From: an uncultured Candidatus Poseidoniales archaeon
Lineage (GTDB): Archaea > Thermoplasmatota > Poseidoniia > Poseidoniales > CAYMED01
Direction: 5' to 3'
NCBI GenBank assembly: GCA_964389655.1
Contig: CAYMED010000012.1
Span: 661 to 64,660 of the forward strand
DNA: 64,000 bases
The notes beneath the pieces are model-generated. The model did no database searches. It saw only the letters and a program-made list of their open reading frames with translations, and was not told the origin of the DNA. The translations under genes were made by a program, and so were the position numbers. Positions 47,444-57,800 of this stretch are shown here, one piece after another; the stretch's first letter is position 1; each line of letters starts with the position of its first letter.

Positions 47444-48451
47444 TCACGCCTCATTCATTAATGCTAGATCAAGAGGCTCTGCATCCAATAATAGAGTTCC
47501 AGGAATGCGCATCGATGAATTGAATCCATGCCGGTATACAACCGCCCCTTGTCCCCACATCTCAATATATCTCTTCACCTGCTTTCGTGTTTTCCGCACT
47601 GGGAAATCTAAATTTGCTCCATAGTAGTGTTTTGCATCAATCCAAGCAACATCTCGGCCATTTATCCGTAGGCGGTCAAGAATTAGCAAATCCGGAGTTC
47701 GCATGGCCCTTCCATGCTTTGCAACTTGCTCCTCAACCAGTTCGGCTTGGGGCCGAACACGGACACCATGTGATTCAACATATTCAATAAGCACTTGCTC
47801 AAATTTATCAGCGCGCTTGTGCGTTTCACTTTGATCAACACTACTTACTCTATCGGCATCATTTGCTTCTATAAACTGTTCTAAGTCTCTTTGACTCAAC
47901 CTCTTGTCAGGTGCCTGCATAGCTTCTTTGACTCTCTTTTTTGACCACCCACGATTTAACAAAACATGGCGCATCACATTAAGGGGCGGAAAATCTCTTC
48001 GCTTGGCGATGGATAGGATTGATTCACCATTTTCATATGCCAAAGATATTTTTTTTGCTTCAGATAATAACATTCGATGCCTTCGCACAGACTTTTGCTG
48101 TAGAAGCGCTTTTCGCAGAGAAAGTGCTTGGTCAAGATTCATCTCTATGCCATTTAGCTGGTCTAAGATCCGATCAACTTGATTCTGTGGCATCCACCCC
48201 CATTCACCACGCTTTACTACCCACTTACTCACTAGATTTTCTGTTTCAGGAGGGATCCCTCTGACATTCCACTTAATCTCGATTAATTTTGGCGGAGGAT
48301 CAAGGGAGTCTGGAATCCCTTCAACACCTCCGAAAAACCTCTCTTCGGCTTTCGCCTTTGCCTCACGTTCAAAGTTTGCACCAGAGACCCCTTGTTTGTT
48401 ACCTGTTTTCTTCGGTCGGCGGCCTCTCTGGCGGCGAGTTCGTTCACCCAT
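47444..48451 (-). CDS. PD-(D/E)xK nuclease-fold protein resembling the CDIN1/C15orf41 family
   Basis: The C-terminus RTPDLLILDRLRINGRDVAWIDAKHYYGA...YIEMWGQGAVVYRHGF parallels, from my memory of human CDIN1, KTPDFIL...IHWIESKASFGD...YWNRFGPGLVIYWYGF. HTH-like helical repeats precede it (ILSIAKRRDFPPLNVMRHVLLNRGW). The N-terminus is very basic. Confidence 0.45.
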   Translation of the reverse strand: MGERTRRQRGRRPKKTGNKQGVSGANFEREAKAKAEERFFGGVEGIPDSLDPPPKLIEIKWNVRGIPPETENLVSKWVVKRGEWGWMPQNQVDRILDQLNGIEMNLDQALSLRKALLQQKSVRRHRMLLSEAKKISLAYENGESILSIAKRRDFPPLNVMRHVLLNRGWSKKRVKEAMQAPDKRLSQRDLEQFIEANDADRVSSVDQSETHKRADKFEQVLIEYVESHGVRVRPQAELVEEQVAKHGRAMRTPDLLILDRLRINGRDVAWIDAKHYYGANLDFPVRKTRKQVKRYIEMWGQGAVVYRHGFNSSMRIPGTLLLDAEPLDLALMNEA

Positions 48452-48554
48452 TATTCTTCAACCCGAATTGCTGATGTTGAACTAATATCCCTATCTCTCA
48501 TATGAAAACACACCAATATACTAGTTATCTCGATAATAATTATTGGCAATAACA

Positions 48555-51398
48555 TCATATGAAGGCAATCCCCGGTTGAAGGGCCCAAGCGTGTTCTCCT
48601 TTGCCCCCCACATCTTCTCCCTCTCCAGCTACCCATATGTTCACTTTTTTGAGGTTTAATTCCTTCTCAATGAATCCTGCTGCTTCTTGAATCACGTTTT
48701 GCTCATTTAACCCTGACTCAATCCATTTTCGCTCATCATCACTCCATCGATGATGTTGTGTAACTACTCTATTCCATGCTTTTGCAATTTTTGGCCGTAT
48801 CTTTGGGTTTTGTGCCCATTCTTCAGCCATTATCGCCCCTAATGCCTTTCGAAGATCTTTCCCCTCCCTCTCCAAAAATATCGCGGTTTTTGCTAATTTA
48901 ATCTTCCATTCAGGTGCCGTTTGCATAAATATTTGTTCTGGTATATTTTCTATATGGCGTTCAGCCAGTACCTTAACTTGGCGAGATTGGGATAGAATGC
49001 TTCCGATAAACCCTTCTTTTCCCATAATCTCGCTATCACCTTCAATGGGATACTGTGGATGATATATCGACCCAGATATTAATTCTTTATTGTTAAGTTG
49101 CGTCCACCATTCCTCTGCTAAATGTGGGGTCGAGGGCTGAAGCATATGGGACCAGACTTCTAGCATTTTCTTTGTGATACGCTTGTTGTTTCCACCACGG
49201 CGTCTGTACCAGTTGAAATCTTTGATTAATTCATAGTGGCTGCATTCTACTGCTCGCCTCAAATCACAGAGATTCATTGCGTCAACCCATTCTTTCTGCC
49301 GAGACCTCAACTTTGCCTCCAACCAAGCATCGATTGCCGTATCTTCCTCTTCGAGATTTAGGAGTAATTCGGGCATACTCCAAAGTTGTAACATTTGCTT
49401 CCATGCTGCTGAAACGCCAGAAAATGACCATTCCATCTCTGCTTCAGGCTGTGCACTAAAGAGGATGAAAAGGCGGAGTGTATCCGCCCCATACTCTTCA
49501 ATAATTCCAGCAGGATCAATAACATTTTTCTTCGACTTACTCATTTTTTCTACACGGCCAATTACCATTTTTTCTTTAGATTTTGAATGGATTACGGACC
49601 CGTCTTGGAGAATTTCAACATCACTGGGAAACACCCACTTCCCATCTGAACCAGCATATGTTGCGTGTGTGACCATTCCTTGGCACAATAGATGGTCAAA
49701 TGGCTCTGATAATTCATGAAGGCCTAGATCTCTTGTCGCTTTAGTGAAAAATCGAGCATAGAGAAGGTGCAATATCGCATGTTCAATACCCCCAATATAT
49801 TGATCTACAGGCAACCATCGTTTAATGCTCTCAGCAGTGAACGGCAAATCTTTGTTTGTAGGGTTTGCAAAGCGCATAAAATACCACGAAGAATCAAAAA
49901 ATGTATCCATTGTGTCAGTTTCTCTTCTAAACCGTTCTCCATTTTTATCCGTGAATGCCGCGAATGTTTCTGATTGAGAGAGGGGGTTTCCCCCAATTTC
50001 AGCATCAAAAATGACGTCCTCGGGTAAGATGACTGGTAAATCTTGGTAATCAACGGGGGACGGGTCACCTTTTTCATCATACAATATCGGTATGGGCGTG
50101 CCCCAGTATCTTTGCCTACTAATGAGCCAATCCCTCAATTTCCACTGAACTTCCCCTTTCCCGAGCCCTTTTTGTTCTAACTCATCAATCACTGCCCTTC
50201 TTGCCGAGTCTCCAAATAATCCATCAAAACCTGGATTCTTCGACCTAGTCATCCATCCTTCCCCCGTAAATGCTGCTGAAATCGGTGCAAATGGGTCATC
50301 GTTTTTGTGTTCTAGTAGTACGCGAATAATTCGTAAATCATGCTTGATTGCAAAATCGTAATCCCTTTGATCATGCCCTGGAACGCCCATGACTGCCCCT
50401 GTTCCATATCCCGCAAGGACGAAATCCCCTGCTAGAATTGGTATCTTTTCTCCAGTTAACGGATGTATTGCATTATGCGAGAGATCAATTCCCCGTTTTT
50501 CATGCCTTAAACCTCGTTCAAACTCTGATAAATGATTGACTTCGTCGAGTATGGATTTCCATTCATCCTCTTTACTTGTGTTAGCTATGAGTATTTCTGT
50601 GAGGGGGTGCTCAAGAGATAAAGTTAGAAAAGTGACTCCAAAGAGCGTATCTGGCCGTGTTGTGAATACAGCAATTTTTTCTTCCTTCCCGTCAATGGCG
50701 AATTCAATACGTGCACCTTCACTTCTTCCAATCCAGTTATTTTGCATCGTACGAACATTTTCAGGGAATTCGATATTTTCGAGATCTTGTAACAATTCAT
50801 CTGCATATGCGGTTATTCGTAAAAACCACTGGGGAATCTCTCTTTGTTCTACCAATGCACCAGATCGCCACCCTCTTCCATTGATGACTTGCTCATTTGC
50901 CAGTACAGAACCCTCGACAGGATCCCAATTAACTGTAGCCATCCTGCGTTCAATTAACCCAATTTCGTAGAGTTTAAGAAAAAGCCATTGATTCCATTGA
51001 TAGTAGTCAGGAGTATGGGTTTGTACTTCCCGTGACCAATCATAACTGAATCCCATCCGCTTTAGTTGTTCGGTGATGGTATTGATATTTTCTTCAGTAA
51101 TGGATTTCGGGTTTCCCCCGGCTTCTTTTGCAGCATTCTCCGCAGGCATCCCAAATGAGTCAAATCCCATTGGATACAGGACATCAAAACCAACAGACCT
51201 TCGATAGCGTGCAATTGCATCTCCGATTGAATAATTTCGAACATGCCCCATATGCATTCGTCCACTTGGATAAGGAAACATTTCAAGACAGTAAAATGCA
51301 GGTAAATCCTCTTTTTTCCCTGCAGTAAATACCCCTGATTCAGCCCACGCTTGTTGCCAATATGGCTCGCGTATATGGGGGTTCCATCCTTCTTCCAT
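48555..51398 (-). CDS. leuS: Leucyl-tRNA synthetase
   Basis: 947 aa with the class I HIGH-type motif [15 protein letters not shown] and KMSKS motif KMSKSKKN. It has an editing-domain-sized insertion and typical LeuRS N-terminal sequence. Confidence 0.95.
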   Translation of the reverse strand: MEEGWNPHIREPYWQQAWAESGVFTAGKKEDLPAFYCLEMFPYPSGRMHMGHVRNYSIGDAIARYRRSVGFDVLYPMGFDSFGMPAENAAKEAGGNPKSITEENINTITEQLKRMGFSYDWSREVQTHTPDYYQWNQWLFLKLYEIGLIERRMATVNWDPVEGSVLANEQVINGRGWRSGALVEQREIPQWFLRITAYADELLQDLENIEFPENVRTMQNNWIGRSEGARIEFAIDGKEEKIAVFTTRPDTLFGVTFLTLSLEHPLTEILIANTSKEDEWKSILDEVNHLSEFERGLRHEKRGIDLSHNAIHPLTGEKIPILAGDFVLAGYGTGAVMGVPGHDQRDYDFAIKHDLRIIRVLLEHKNDDPFAPISAAFTGEGWMTRSKNPGFDGLFGDSARRAVIDELEQKGLGKGEVQWKLRDWLISRQRYWGTPIPILYDEKGDPSPVDYQDLPVILPEDVIFDAEIGGNPLSQSETFAAFTDKNGERFRRETDTMDTFFDSSWYFMRFANPTNKDLPFTAESIKRWLPVDQYIGGIEHAILHLLYARFFTKATRDLGLHELSEPFDHLLCQGMVTHATYAGSDGKWVFPSDVEILQDGSVIHSKSKEKMVIGRVEKMSKSKKNVIDPAGIIEEYGADTLRLFILFSAQPEAEMEWSFSGVSAAWKQMLQLWSMPELLLNLEEEDTAIDAWLEAKLRSRQKEWVDAMNLCDLRRAVECSHYELIKDFNWYRRRGGNNKRITKKMLEVWSHMLQPSTPHLAEEWWTQLNNKELISGSIYHPQYPIEGDSEIMGKEGFIGSILSQSRQVKVLAERHIENIPEQIFMQTAPEWKIKLAKTAIFLEREGKDLRKALGAIMAEEWAQNPKIRPKIAKAWNRVVTQHHRWSDDERKWIESGLNEQNVIQEAAGFIEKELNLKKVNIWVAGEGEDVGGKGEHAWALQPGIAFI

Positions 51399-51444
51399 CG
51401 GTTCACCCGACTAGCGGCTTTTCTTTGAGGACTGCGGCGCTTCC

Positions 51445-53970
51445 TTAACCATCAATCACATCGGCTTTTAGCAAGATGCGCCCACGAATCGTGAGGAAGT
51501 AAACATAGCGAACTCCTCGTCGCTCACGGTCTATAAGGCCATATTCTCCAAGAGTACGCAAATGGTGGCTAATCAATTGCTGACTTGAGTCAAGCCTTGA
51601 GGCAAGGTCACGCTGGGAAAGCAATGCTCCATCATGTGTTCCACCGAGTAATAAATCAAGAATTTGGCCTTGTGTTGAACTCGGGTCTGGCGTCAACAAA
51701 GGAACGGGTAAATCACTTTCAGCAGTATTCTCTGGAATTGAATGGGGGTAGAATCTGACTTTCCGCCCATCTTTTTTCCGCCAAATATGCCCTCGATTCT
51801 CTAATATTCTGAGGTGATGTGATAGTTGTCCATTTGACATCGATAAAGCACCTAACAATGCACGAAAATGGCAACCAGGATTTGCTGTTAAATAACCCAT
51901 AATCCTCCCACGCTGGTAAGTTCCATCTTTTGGTTTCTTGCTTGACACTGCCCCAACTAGAGCAAGCCATCCCCATCGGCTAATCGTCATCCTAATTGAT
52001 TCGACTTTTATTCCCACTAGCAAAGCGATACTTGATACGCTCACAGCAACAGGAGCAAGCACTGTTGGCTGAACAAATTTATCGATTACAGTTACTTCTT
52101 CTTCACCATATTTATTTGATGTTAAAATAATTTCCGTGTTGTCATATATTTCTAGGACTTCAAGCATCTCAATACTGTTTATCCCTTCAAGGCATGAAGG
52201 CGAGGGTGATTGTTTGACTAACCACCTTCCATCGACACCAGTAGATGGCCACCAGTCGCCTTCTACAAGCGCCCAAGTTGATGGACCGGACTCTATGGTC
52301 CAACATCCTCCATCCTCCATTCGTACGTGACTCCAAGTTCCCTCAAGGATCATCCTGGCTTTCAAATCCTCATTGATTTCAACCACAGGGGGTGGACGAA
52401 CAATTTTCTCTTTTTGATTAATGGTTGTGAGTTGGCTTGTAGTCTCTCCTTCAAAAAATCCAGCATGTAACTCTATAGCGAAGAAAATAGGATTTTCTTT
52501 ATCTGAATCTATTGCTTCAGGGTCATATATCCCAGCCAAGGTGATCTGATTTAAATCCAAATTTCCTGATGAAAATGAAGTGGAACAATCTGTCATGATA
52601 GATTTTGCAGGTGCTATGAAATTGGGGCCAATTGATCTAATTTCGATAACACAATTGTCAATTTCAATTCTCGATGAATCTTTTGTAGCCACTTCTAATG
52701 TCCAGTCAACATGACCAATTCTCTGATTCGACCATTTAATTTCTGAATCCACGATCAGCAACTCTTCTTTGCCTTTGAATGCACATAATGCGTCATCAAA
52801 AGCATCACGTATGTCCAAATTATGTAGTAATTCTATTGAATTAAGGCGTAGTCCAAACCATTGCCTTGACTCTGAAATATGGCAAAATAAATCTTGATTT
52901 AAGTGGAAACTCGCAATTTTCATACTTTCTCCAATATCTAATTCCATCTTGCCTTTAGCAGGGGCTGGGCATTCTTCATTTTCAAAGCCAATTGTCTGCA
53001 TTGTTGCCATTAAATCAATTAGGACGAATTCAAGATCACACTGTTTATCATCCATCGCAATTGAATAGGACCACGGTGCCCCATTAACAAGATTGACTTC
53101 AAATTGATTTGCACTAGATTGGACTTCAAGAGAGAGGCCCAAACGCATGGGATTTTTCTCATTTATTCTTGAAAGGATATTGATTTCTTTGTGATACCAG
53201 TATTGACCAATTCCTACTGAGAGAAGATAACCTCCATGATTTAGTTTTGACCCATATTTATCCATCAAATCGATTTCTAACCACCCCAAGTGGCTATTTT
53301 CATCTGACTTTGGAGTGCAGGGGATTTCAGATAGTCCATTCAAATTTGTCGAAGAAATCGAAGATAGTTCCCAACGCAGAGTACAATCATGATTTGATGG
53401 ATGGTCTTCTTGTGCATTGTATCCAATAGGCAGGACTAATGTTGAGCCCTCAAATACCTCAATTTGAGAGTCTGGAAATAGCAATTGAAAATCATCATTT
53501 ATTTTTGGGTCTGCTTGGTGGAAAAATTCAATCTCATCAGCATATTGGGTTCCAACTAATTCAATTCGAAGGATAAGCATCCCATTTGGCAGATTATATA
53601 TTCCATTAGATGTTGAAAATAGGAATTCCGGGGTGTTGTAGCTAACAACCCGCCCTGGCTCAATAATTTCATTTCTCGAATTCCCACACCCTCGCTCCAA
53701 TCCGTCGCTCCACAATTGTTCTCCATTTAATGCATGGATGGTAGTATGGATTGGACAATTATTATCAATTTCTAGAATAACTCTCGCTTCACCCTGATTC
53801 GCGAGCGAAAGTGCCGCAAAAAGTAGGTCTCCTTTTCCATATGTGGGGTTCTCTTCACTCCCGTAAATTATCACATTTTGGTCTATATTGCGACTTTCTT
53901 CAGCAATCGCCGGCATTGCCAGAACGATCAGCGCCACCACGCCTAGAGCCGCTCGCAAACCCCCGTGCAT
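51445..53970 (-). CDS. Membrane-tethered protein: ~640-aa extracytoplasmic domain, one TM, two cytoplasmic ArsR-like winged-helix domains
   Basis: The start is set at ATG 53970 (MHGGLRAALGVVALIVLAMPAIAEE), preceded by GGAGGT 12 nt upstream; the track ORF runs to 54012. The TM is VLAPVAVSVSSIALLVGIKV. wHTH 1 is YLTANPGCHFRALLGALSMSNGQLSHHLRILENRGHIWRKKDGRKVRFY. wHTH 2 is LSQRDLASRLDSSQQLISHHLRTLGEYGLIDRERRGVRYVYFLT. Confidence 0.7.
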   Translation of the reverse strand: MHGGLRAALGVVALIVLAMPAIAEESRNIDQNVIIYGSEENPTYGKGDLLFAALSLANQGEARVILEIDNNCPIHTTIHALNGEQLWSDGLERGCGNSRNEIIEPGRVVSYNTPEFLFSTSNGIYNLPNGMLILRIELVGTQYADEIEFFHQADPKINDDFQLLFPDSQIEVFEGSTLVLPIGYNAQEDHPSNHDCTLRWELSSISSTNLNGLSEIPCTPKSDENSHLGWLEIDLMDKYGSKLNHGGYLLSVGIGQYWYHKEINILSRINEKNPMRLGLSLEVQSSANQFEVNLVNGAPWSYSIAMDDKQCDLEFVLIDLMATMQTIGFENEECPAPAKGKMELDIGESMKIASFHLNQDLFCHISESRQWFGLRLNSIELLHNLDIRDAFDDALCAFKGKEELLIVDSEIKWSNQRIGHVDWTLEVATKDSSRIEIDNCVIEIRSIGPNFIAPAKSIMTDCSTSFSSGNLDLNQITLAGIYDPEAIDSDKENPIFFAIELHAGFFEGETTSQLTTINQKEKIVRPPPVVEINEDLKARMILEGTWSHVRMEDGGCWTIESGPSTWALVEGDWWPSTGVDGRWLVKQSPSPSCLEGINSIEMLEVLEIYDNTEIILTSNKYGEEEVTVIDKFVQPTVLAPVAVSVSSIALLVGIKVESIRMTISRWGWLALVGAVSSKKPKDGTYQRGRIMGYLTANPGCHFRALLGALSMSNGQLSHHLRILENRGHIWRKKDGRKVRFYPHSIPENTAESDLPVPLLTPDPSSTQGQILDLLLGGTHDGALLSQRDLASRLDSSQQLISHHLRTLGEYGLIDRERRGVRYVYFLTIRGRILLKADVIDG

Positions 53971-53991
53971 GAACGAGCATCGACCTCCTTG

Positions 53992-54000
53992 TTTAGAATA
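53992..54000 (+). promoter_or_regulatory. TATA-box-like TTTAGAATA centred about 26 nt upstream of ATG 54022 (possible leaderless promoter of the MBL hydrolase gene)
   Basis: Read from the sequence. The spacing fits the archaeal TATA-to-TSS distance. No experimental support. Confidence 0.35.
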
Positions 54001-54021
54001 CTCACGGTTCATGGCGCTTGT

Positions 54022-54786
54022 ATGGACGCGACTTCCGAGCCCACTGTGCTATACCCTCAAATAGGGATGCGAGTAGTTCAAATTCAATTAGGTGAATGGG
54101 ATAACCTCAATCATCTTGTCACTTGTGAGGAAACAGGTGATTCTGTTTTGATTGATCCATTTGATGGGGACTATTGGTACAACTTTTGCCATGATGATGG
54201 TTGCAATTTGGCAGAAGTATGGCTTACTCATACACACTGGGATCATGTAAAGGGCCTTCAAGAATTACTCTCTAAAATGCCCCGCCTTGTTGTACGTTCT
54301 CACGTGAATGAACGATTGCATGGATGGAATGGGCCAACGACCCACGCTTGGAAACACGCACCTCTTTCGTCAATTAAGCAGAAAATTGGTGAATTGGAAT
54401 TTGAGATACATTCTACGCCGGGACATACGCCCGGCCATGTAACGATTCTCGGTCATGGAATTGTAATCAGTGGTGATTGCCTATTCCTTGGACGCTGTGG
54501 GAGAACAGATCTGTTTGGGGGGGATTTAACTGAGATGTATCATTCTATCCGGCACCTTTCTTTGAGATTTGAGTCCATGGCAAAAGAAACTCTTGTCCTG
54601 CCGGGACATCGGTATGATGTCCCATGGGGCGGAAGGATGGGATATGCTTCACTTGCAGAAATCATGAAGGGAAATCCAGCCCTTCTTGCAGTAAATCTAG
54701 ATGAATTTAGAACCCTCCCTTTCCTCGAATTTGATGATAATTTGGCGGAAAATGCCCGCCGCAAGCGTGCCAAAGGACAAGATTGA
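54022..54786 (+). CDS. Metallo-beta-lactamase-fold hydrolase (glyoxalase II-like)
   Basis: HxHxDH motif LTHTHWDHVKG, then HTPGH, SGDCLF and LPGHRY. The track ORF starts at 53965. ATG 54022 or ATG 54067 (MRVVQIQLGEW) are more plausible because 53965-54012 overlaps the divergent gene. Confidence 0.8.
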   Translation: MDATSEPTVLYPQIGMRVVQIQLGEWDNLNHLVTCEETGDSVLIDPFDGDYWYNFCHDDGCNLAEVWLTHTHWDHVKGLQELLSKMPRLVVRSHVNERLHGWNGPTTHAWKHAPLSSIKQKIGELEFEIHSTPGHTPGHVTILGHGIVISGDCLFLGRCGRTDLFGGDLTEMYHSIRHLSLRFESMAKETLVLPGHRYDVPWGGRMGYASLAEIMKGNPALLAVNLDEFRTLPFLEFDDNLAENARRKRAKGQD

Positions 54787-54812
54787 CAATAAATTCTTTC
54801 CGAATTGATGGG

Positions 54813-57800
54813 TCATGGGTTCTGTTCCCCACTTAGGTCAATCATTTCAGGAACACTTGCTTGTTGGAAATCAGCATGCTCACCCGCAAGGTCCTGCCAA
54901 GATGGACCTACTCGTTCAATTCCAGTCCAGCCAAGTTTTCTTGCCTCGTCATAATGTCCATTACTGACATAGTGATCGATCCATTGCTGGCGTCTTGCTT
55001 CCTCCTCTGAATTAGCCATTGCCTGAACTAGTTCTTCATCGCCAGAATTGCGTGTCGGCCTAAGTGCAAGAAGAATCACAGCTACAATAATACCAAGAAT
55101 TGCAATCCCACCAATGCCAAGCACAGCCGGGCTAGAGAGCAACCCACCAGAATTAGATTCCAAATTTTGTTCAGCAGACGCACAAGTAACAAGACCTTGC
55201 TGATGTTTAGGGTCATCGGGGCAAACATCATCTCGATCTGCTGTACCGTCTCCATCTCGATCAGGACACCCTTGGCTCAGGAGATTAGTTGCCGTACCCG
55301 GCTCAAGAGGGCATCGATCATAGAAGGCGGCCGCGAGTGACTCATTATTCCCAAACCCATCTCCATCTCGGTCGCCCCACTGCGTAATTTCAGTTGGAAA
55401 ACGGTCTGGCTTGCTAGCATTTTCAATCATGATTCCAGGCCATTCTGATTCGCGTGAAGATGCCCAACTTGGGTCTGCAAAATTATCCCCATATCCATCC
55501 CCATCTGTGTCTTGCCACTGTGTGGCTTCTAAGGGGAATAGATCCGGCAACCTTGCCTCATCAAACCAAATCCCTAACACTCGTTTATTTGCTTGGTTGA
55601 TAATTCCATTGAGCATTTCAATATCACATTTTTTACCTTCACGACTGGCATTTAATTTTGGATCTGCCCAATTATCCCCATATCCGTCACTATCACAATC
55701 AGACCATTGTGTTGGGTTCGTCGAAAACATATCTGCTCCATCCCTGACGGTCCATAATGGCGGTTGAGCGCCCTCTCCCGTACTTTCATCAGACCATCCG
55801 TCTCCGTCAAAGTCAGGACAACCTTGCCGATCTTCAGTACTCGTTCCTTTATGATCGGGGCAATGATCTGTTTGGTTACTCAATGCCCCGGGATTATCGG
55901 CCCACCCATCACCATCTCGATCTCTCCATCTGTCGTAATCATTGATCCACGCCTCCCATGGCTCTAGATTGTCATCTATACCATCCCCATCTGAGTCTGG
56001 GCAACCGCTTTCTGTTGCAGAGGCACGGTTAGGACAGAAATCAGTGTCTACATACATATTTGCATTTTCAATTGCCTCACCGGGACATGGATCGGGGCTG
56101 CCATCTTGGTCAAAATCATGACATATTCGTAGTGATGGGTCAAATGTTTCAGGATCCCAATTATCAGCCTTGCCATCTCCATCCTTGTCAGACCACTGGT
56201 ATTTATCGTCGGGAAAATCATCCCCCATTCCATCTGCTGCACCTCTATTATCCCCATATCCGTCTCCATCTCGATCAAAACACTGATCGGGGTTATTTAG
56301 AAATAAATCCGCTTCAGTACCAGTTTGATTATCCCCACAACCATCTTCATCGTCATCAATCCATTGTGTTGGATTATCCGTGATAGCATCAGCACCATCA
56401 GATACCGACCAGTTTTTTGTGTCATCTATTCCGTCTTTACTTGGATCTGAATATCCATCCCCGTCTGCATCTGGGCAACCCAATCGATCCATTGACGAAT
56501 TTCCTGGCCATTGGGGGCAATCATCGGGATCGGTTCCTGATTTGTTGTCCCCATACCCATCTTGATCTAAGTCCTCCCATTGGGTCGGATCATCTGGGTG
56601 GGAGTCAAAGGGAATGCCTGATCCATCCCGGTCAGAGTCTGGGCAACCATACTCAATACGCCATGAATCCCCCCATTCATGAGGGCATGAATCCGCTCGT
56701 TCTCGCGGTTCTGGAATTGTATTTGGATTATCGCCCCATAAATCTCCATCAGTATCATTCCACTGGTCATTGTGCACAGGTAATGCATCAGCATTTCCAG
56801 CACCAACCACAAATGCGCCAGGCCATCCCGTGGTTAAGGTCGGCTGGGCAGCTCGATTCGCAGTCCAAGATGCATTTCCATAATTATCCCCATATCCGTC
56901 TCCATCTGTGTCAAACCATTGTGTGACGTCATTTGGAAATTTATCTCCCTCTTGGCTGATGCAAAGTTGTGTAGTACTATCCCACATGCATTCGTAATTA
57001 TCTCCGACCCCATCTTGATCCACATCCACCCATTGTTTTTGATCAGCTGGAAAATCATCGCCCAGATCTGACCATCCATCTCCATCGGCATCTGGACAAC
57101 CGTGTCGATCTTTATTTGATAGACCATGTACATCTGGGCATACATCTCCTTCAGTCCCATTAAGGTTGTCTCCATAACCGTCCAAATCAGTATCATTCCA
57201 TTGTGTGGCATCTTCAGGAAATGCATCAACAGGGTTGAGATATCCATCCCCATCCTTATCTGGATCAACTTTCCAGTGATATATGCCGTCATCATTTCGA
57301 CCATGTGCCGAAATAATGTAATATCCATCTGGGTGCCAATCTAGCCCGTAAATTGTTCCACAATCATTCCCGCCTCCTCCACTGGTGCATCCACCAGGAC
57401 GGGGTGCAGAGAGTGTATCGATAATTGAGGGGCTGCTTCCGTATGTGTTGAAAATACGAATGCTTGCCCCATCGGATTGATAGTAGGTGTGGGAACCAGC
57501 TACTTGTGTTGAATCTGGAGAGAATACAATATCTTGGCAAGATGTTGATGTATCATATACCCATCTTTGACTCATAGAGGGGTAATCAATCATTCGAATT
57601 CTAGCGCCACTACTCTCCCAAGCCTCACAAACAGCAATTGATTTTCCATCAGGTGACCAATCCACGGCATTGATGCTTCCGCGATTTGTATTTCTCGTGG
57701 CATTTTGTACCCAAGTTGCCGTGTTGTATACCCAAATATCTTCGCGCCCACCAATCACAATTCGACTACCATCAGGACTCCATTCAACAGAGTAGAATCG

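Noticed and set aside
55212-57268. Regular short-period DNA repetition that could superficially suggest a CRISPR or satellite array (also seen at 31885..33051).
   Set aside because: The periodicity is in-frame coding repetition of Ca-binding units within long intact ORFs. The units are diverged rather than identical with unique spacers, and no cas genes are present.
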